Of a stretch of DNA of 64,000 nt, positions 59,446-64,000 are shown one piece after another. Below the pieces are notes generated by a model, which was not told the DNA's origin, did no database searches, and was given only the letters and a program-made list of their open reading frames with translations. The DNA comes from a virus. Each line of letters begins with the position of its first letter. Positions within the stretch are counted from its first letter, which is position 1. The translations under genes were made by a program, and so were the position numbers. Where the stretch lies: IMG/VR virus record IMGVR_UViG_3300045988_010345, one strand, 5' to 3'.

Positions 59446-62400
59446 ATGGCAAATAATAAATCTAAGATAAAAGAAATTGATGTAACTAAGACTGGTCCTC
59501 AGTCTTATAGAGATTTACAGAAAGCTAATGAGGCAGCATATCAAAGTGCTGCCTCTGAAAGCATGTTTTCTAATATGAAAGCCCCTCATGGTTATGTACA
59601 ACCTAGTGATGTTATATATGAAGGCGGAGAGTATTCTCCTTTATATAAACAGAGTAAGGGAGAAGATACTTACGGTAGTAGTATCTGGGATAAACCCTCA
59701 GTAAATGAAGAAGAATATCAAAATTTAGCAGATATAAGAGCTGAGAATCAACCTTGGTATGCACAGATAGGAGCAGGTCTTGCTAAAGGTGCTATACTTG
59801 CAGGTACTACATTTTTAGATGGTACTTTAGGATTATTATTTGGAGCAAGAACTGCAATAAGTGAAGATAGATGGTCTGGTCTTTGGGATAATGACTTCTC
59901 TAAGGCTATGCAGTCTGTTAATGAATGGTCTGAGCAGGCATTACCTAACTATTATACAAGGGAAGAACAAGAGCAGCCTTGGTATGAAAATATCTTCACT
60001 GCTAACTTCTTAGGTGATAAGTTTATCAAGAACTTAGGTTTCACAGTAGGTGCTTTCTATAGTGGTGGTGTTACTGCTGCTGGATTGAAAGCAACTAAGT
60101 TACCCCAACTTATTGGTGCTATTGCTAAGTCTTCAAAGGCTCCAGCAATAGTTAATTCTGCTGTAGGTGCTACTATCTCAGCAGTAAATGAGGGTAGAGT
60201 TGAAGCACTTAACAACAGTAAGGATTGGTTTGAACTTCATAAAGCACAATTAGATGATGAGTATCACCAGAGATTACAGTATATAAAGAATGCCTATGAA
60301 GGTACTGAGGTATATGACCAATTAATAAGAGCAGAACAAGAAAATTATAATCAAGCATTAGGTAGATTAAGTGAGGATAGATTGAAGATGGGTAATGTAG
60401 ACTTGCTTATGAATATACCTATCCTTACTGCATCTAATATAATTCAGTTTGGTAAGTTATATGCTAATGGATTTAAAACTGCAAGGAAGGCTACTAATAT
60501 AGTAGGTAAGGCAGGAGAATATACTGCTGGCACTACAAGATTAGGTGCTATTACTGCAATAACAAAAGGTGCATTATCTGAAGGTAATGAGGAAATATTA
60601 CAAGGTGCTGCAAGTAGAATAGCAGGTAATTATTACTCTACTGATGTAAATAACTTCTATAAGTCAAAGACTAACCCAGAGGCTGCACAAGAAACTTTAG
60701 ATTGGGTAAAATCATTTGCTGAGGGAATTAATGAGACAGTAAATGATGGCTCTGCATGGGAAGAGTTCTTTATTGGTTCTTTGACAGGTGCATTAGGTAT
60801 GCCAAGATTCAGAGGGGTTAGAAGTGAGTCAGGTTCATTACAATCTCCTATTACTATTGAAGGTGGTGCCATAAATGAGTGGAGAGACTATAATGAGAAG
60901 ATAGCAAGAGAGAATAAGATTGCTAACTATATGAACAACAGGATAAACTCTCCTGAATTTAAGAATTACTATCAAGGTCTTATCAGGCATAATAAGTATC
61001 AGAATGATATGAATAGAGCTGCTGAGGAAGGTGATGAGTTCAACTTCAAGAATGCAGAACATGCTCAATTAGTATCTGATATTGCTATGTTTGATAATGC
61101 AGGTAAGATGGAAGACCTTACTACATTAATTGATGCAGCATTTGATACATCAGATGAGAACCTTGCTTCTATTGTGGAGAACACTACAACTACTCTTGAA
61201 GATGGCTCTAAGGTAGGTCCATTTGTTGATAAGAATGGTAATCCTATGTATGCTACCCCAGAGGGTAAGCAGGAAATGATAAAGAAGTTACAGGAGAACC
61301 ATGATGAAATGACCAATACTATCAACAATTATCTGAAGATAAAAGATGAGCTTGATATTAAGACAGGTCAGCAATTATCAGATGACCAGCTTGAAGAATT
61401 AACATGGATGAAATCTCAGATAGGTAACTGGGCTGAGAGGGCAACATCTATGTCTGGAGAGGTTAAATCAGCTATTGGTAATGTAATAGGCAACTTAGAT
61501 TCACTTCTTAGATTCAATCAACAAGTCAGAGACTTTGAAGGTCAACATCATGCTGATTTAACTGATAGATATAAACAAGCAGATAAGAATGTAAAGACTA
61601 TTGAGGGTGCTATCAATACACTTAATATGGTTAGGGGTCAGGATGATAGTGTATTAGCTCATACATTAGCAACTAATCCTAAGTTTGTAGATGGTCTTAT
61701 CAAGGAACTTAATGAGGTAGATGAAACTGTACTTAGTGCAGATGAGAAAGAGGATATTACAACTAAACTGAATGATATTGTTAAGTTAGGTAATGCCTCA
61801 AAGACATATAATGCAAAGCTGAAAGAGTATCTTGAGAATCCTCAAAAGCAAGCAGAAGACCATGCAAGAGCTGATGAGCAAGCTGCACAACAAGAGACTA
61901 AGAAGAAGTCTGATGACTTGAAGGCATCTTTGAATGCTGCACAGAATTTGCAAGAGTTCAGAAGTACAATAGATGCCCAAGATGATACAGAGAATAGAGA
62001 TAAAGTCCTAAAAGAACTTGAGGATGAAGGTAGTGAAATGGCTAAGAACTACAGAGAAACTTCACAATACAATAATGAAGTGAGAAGAGTTCTTAATGAG
62101 TCAGATGCAGAACCACAAGTTAAGCAAGATGCTATGAAGCTCCTTCAAGACCAGTTCAATAACTCTGATAATTTGGAGTACCTGGCTAATCCCAACTCAA
62201 TCTATATCAATAATGAGAATGCCTTTGATGAAGATTCTGAGGGAGATGTTGAGTTATCTGCAACAAGATTCCAAGAAGCTCAGTATGAGCTACAGAAGGC
62301 TATGTCTCAGGTAAACAATGACAATAGATTTAAGGATAGATTCTCACCTGAATATAAGAAGCCTGTAGAAAAAAGAGAGGGGACTGTAAGAGGAGATGAT

Positions 62401-64000
62401 AGAACTACTACAGGAGATAGTGGTACATCTACTACTCCTACTGTAACAAGTAGTGAGGGTTTACCTACAACAGAATTGCCTGTAGGTAATATAACTGCTG
62501 AAATGGTCAGTGAGGAGAATAAGAAAGCCAATGAGAAGGTAGAAACTCCACAAAGACCAAGTAGAGATACCTCCAATCAATTCTATAGACCTGCTATACC
62601 TGAACTACATATAGAGGCAAGCAAGGAAGGAGATTTCAGACCATTTGATATTGTAGTAGGTGAGAGAGAAAAAGGTGTAGACTTCTCTGGTATTTATGGC
62701 TATCTAAGAGATAGTGGAGCATTTAGATACCTAAATGAAGGTAACTTAAAAGCAGGTGATGAACTTGGCTTTATGATTGACCCTTCATTTAATGACCATA
62801 CTATATTTATTATAGATAAAAGGAATGGTCAGGTAGTAGGTAGTTTAGATGAATCTGACTATAGTGTTTCAAGGTATGAGGGTCTGAAGGGTCTTGAAGA
62901 GAAGATAAGAAAGGAATATGCTAATAGGCAGAATAAGACTGGTAAATTCATTGCCACACCTACTACAAGGGTATCTAAGGTAATGGTAGGTAGGATTCCT
63001 TATGATAATACTGAGAGAAGCCTATCTGAAATACCTAATGTATCTTCAACTGATAGAAAGCCTATCTTTGGTATTATAAAGAATGGTACACTTACTACTA
63101 ATAGTAAGATTGGTGATAGTCTTATTATCAAGCCAGTGGATATGAGCCAAAAGGAAGGTAGATTATATCTGCTTATACCTAATGGAGCTGGTAAATACTC
63201 TCCTACTGCTGTAAGAGTTAAGCACTTTAATAATGAAGAGTTTAATCTAAATGACAGTTCAGTAAGTTCTACTCCTGTTGGAGAAGATATAAAGAATGCT
63301 ATTACTAAGTTATCAACTGCTACATCACAGGATGATGTATCTGCTGCTATGCAAGACTTAGCACAAGACTTATATATGCAGGATATTATGGTTACTTGGT
63401 TTAGCAGTAAGGCAGGTGATGGTATTGTTATCAGTAAGAAGGTAAGAAAGCCTGATGGTACTTATGAGAAAGTAACTATTGAAGGAAAGGAACAAATTAA
63501 GGAGGATAAGTATGATGTATATTTCTCTAATTTTGGTAGAAGTACTATTATTGGTGGTCTAGAATTTGCACTTAGTGAAGATGTTGCCAAGGAAGTAGAT
63601 GATAAAAGACTACAAAGAATTATTAAGAATTCTGAGGATATATACAATGAGATACTTGGACACCTTGTTAAGTTTAATCTTCCTTTGCAAGTCAGTACAA
63701 GGAGAATAAATGAAGGTGCATACAACAATAGATTGATAAACTCTAATATCCTTACATCTAACATAACTGAAGCTTCAGTAAAAAGTACTTGGTTTACAAC
63801 TGACTACTTTGATAATGAAGGTAATCTACATCAAGCTATAAATCCAGCTTCTGTAGCTCCTCAACCTAAGAGGAAAGTAGAAACTCCTGTAGGTGGTACT
63901 GAAGGTGCTATTGCAGGTACAAGAATAGTATCTACATTTTCAAACAAGCCATACTATGTGGACTTAAAGACAAATACTATTAGGGATGACCAAGGCAGGA
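59446..64000 (+). CDS. giant protein, over 1518 aa, open at the right edge (crAss-type virion cargo or RNA-polymerase-module candidate)
   Basis: From the ATG at 59446, 1 nt after the previous stop, I translated about the first 2 kb without meeting a stop. The track shows no plus-strand ORF after 59444, which is the behaviour seen for open-ended frames. No DxDxD-type motif was found by eye. Confidence 0.6.
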   Translation, partial: MANNKSKIKEIDVTKTGPQSYRDLQKANEAAYQSAASESMFSNMKAPHGYVQPSDVIYEGGEYSPLYKQSKGEDTYGSSIWDKPSVNEEEYQNLADIRAENQPWYAQIGAGLAKGAILAGTTFLDGTLGLLFGARTAISEDRWSGLWDNDFSKAMQSVNEWSEQALPNYYTREEQEQPWYENIFTANFLGDKFIKNLGFTVGAFYSGGVTAAGLKATKLPQLIGAIAKSSKAPAIVNSAVGATISAVNEGRVEALNNSKDWFELHKAQLDDEYHQRLQYIKNAYEGTEVYDQLIRAEQENYNQALGRLSEDRLKMGNVDLLMNIPILTASNIIQFGKLYANGFKTARKATNIVGKAGEYTAGTTRLGAITAITKGALSEGNEEILQGAASRIAGNYYSTDVNNFYKSKTNPEAAQETLDWVKSFAEGINETVNDGSAWEEFFIGSLTGALGMPRFRGVRSESGSLQSPITIEGGAINEWRDYNEKIARENKIANYMNNRINSPEFKNYYQGLIRHNKYQNDMNRAAEEGDEFNFKNAEHAQLVSDIAMFDNAGKMEDLTTLIDAAFDTSDENLASIVENTTTTLEDGSKVGPFVDKNGNPMYATPEGKQEMIKKLQENHDEMTNTINNYLKIKDELDIKTGQQLSDDQLEELTWMKSQIGNWAERATSMSGEVKSAIGNVIGNLDSLLRFNQQVRDFEGQHHADLTDRYKQADKNVKTIEGAINTLNMVRGQDDSVLAHTLATNPKFVDGLIKELNEVDETVLSADEKEDITTKLNDIVKLGNASKTYNAKLKEYLENPQKQAEDHARADEQAAQQETKKKSDDLKASLNAAQNLQEFRSTIDAQDDTENRDKVLKELEDEGSEMAKNYRETSQYNNEVRRVLNESDAEPQVKQDAMKLLQDQFNNSDNLEYLANPNSIYINNENAFDEDSEGDVELSATRFQEAQYELQKAMSQVNNDNRFKDRFSPEYKKPVEKREGTVRGDDRTTTGDSGTSTTPTVTSSEGLPTTELPVGNITAEMVSEENKKANEKVETPQRPSRDTSNQFYRPAIPELHIEASKEGDFRPFDIVVGEREKGVDFSGIYGYLRDSGAFRYLNEGNLKAGDELGFMIDPSFNDHTIFIIDKRNGQVVGSLDESDYSVSRYEGLKGLEEKIRKEYANRQNKTGKFIATPTTRVSKVMVGRIPYDNTERSLSEIPNVSSTDRKPIFGIIKNGTLTTNSKIGDSLIIKPVDMSQKEGRLYLLIPNGAGKYSPTAVRVKHFNNEEFNLNDSSVSSTPVGEDIKNAITKLSTATSQDDVSAAMQDLAQDLYMQDIMVTWFSSKAGDGIVISKKVRKPDGTYEKVTIEGKEQIKEDKYDVYFSNFGRSTIIGGLEFALSEDVAKEVDDKRLQRIIKNSEDIYNEILGHLVKFNLPLQVSTRRINEGAYNNRLINSNILTSNITEASVKSTWFTTDYFDNEGNLHQAINPASVAPQPKRKVETPVGGTEGAIAGTRIVSTFSNKPYYVDLKTNTIRDDQGR

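Noticed and set aside
19400-64000. Stop-codon reassignment (TAG or TGA recoding), as reported for some crAss-like lineages, with suppressor tRNAs.
   Set aside because: Late genes form long uninterrupted ORFs under the standard code, with no fragmented gene strings. None of the tRNAs I folded has a CTA, TCA or TTA anticodon.
1-64000. CRISPR arrays, diversity-generating retroelements (template/variable repeat pairs plus reverse transcriptase), integrase or transposase genes, and prophage att sites.
   Set aside because: I noticed no regularly spaced direct repeats, no RT, integrase or transposase motifs, and no long repeat pair between the fibre genes and non-coding DNA. The excisionase-type HTH protein (36225..36536) stands alone without a recombinase. 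Long-range repeats cannot be excluded without a dot-plot.

Overview
AT-rich double-stranded DNA phage segment whose gene content and order fit a crAss-like (Crassvirales-type) phage of a Bacteroidota host. This rests on synteny and motifs only; no search was possible. Two divergent arms are present. The left arm (1-19.2 kb) is entirely on the minus strand. It holds replication genes (DnaG-like primase fragment, SSB-like protein, P-loop ATPase, DnaB-like helicase, SF2 helicase) and an envelope-directed trio (GH73 lipoprotein, membrane protein, SPFH lipoprotein). It also holds a PRTase-domain protein and about 30 small unknown genes, interspersed with 4 tRNAs and a tRNA-Ala-like minihelix. A roughly 1.3 kb non-coding control region (18.4-19.7 kb) contains a GC-richer single-gene island. 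The right arm (19.4-64 kb) is entirely on the plus strand. It starts with a tRNA array of 22 canonical and 2 aberrant tRNAs, interrupted by a Dps-like gene. Then come small middle genes, large terminase, portal, putative fibre proteins, a putative lysis cassette, putative scaffold and major capsid protein, more structural genes and a run of giant virion proteins. The last of these (over 1518 aa) runs off the window. The plus arm is cut into operons by eight Bacteroidota-type promoters (cTTG-N20-TAyCTTTG) and at least seven intrinsic terminators; the minus arm lacks such promoters. The most unusual items are a 9-codon mini-ORF (MEIPEIWYS) present twice with only synonymous differences, an acceptor/T-arm minihelix carrying tRNA-Ala identity elements, a promoter-plus-terminator leader directly upstream of the tRNA array, and two non-canonical tRNA-like genes. 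All RNA folds were done by hand, so their ends may be off by 1-2 nt.
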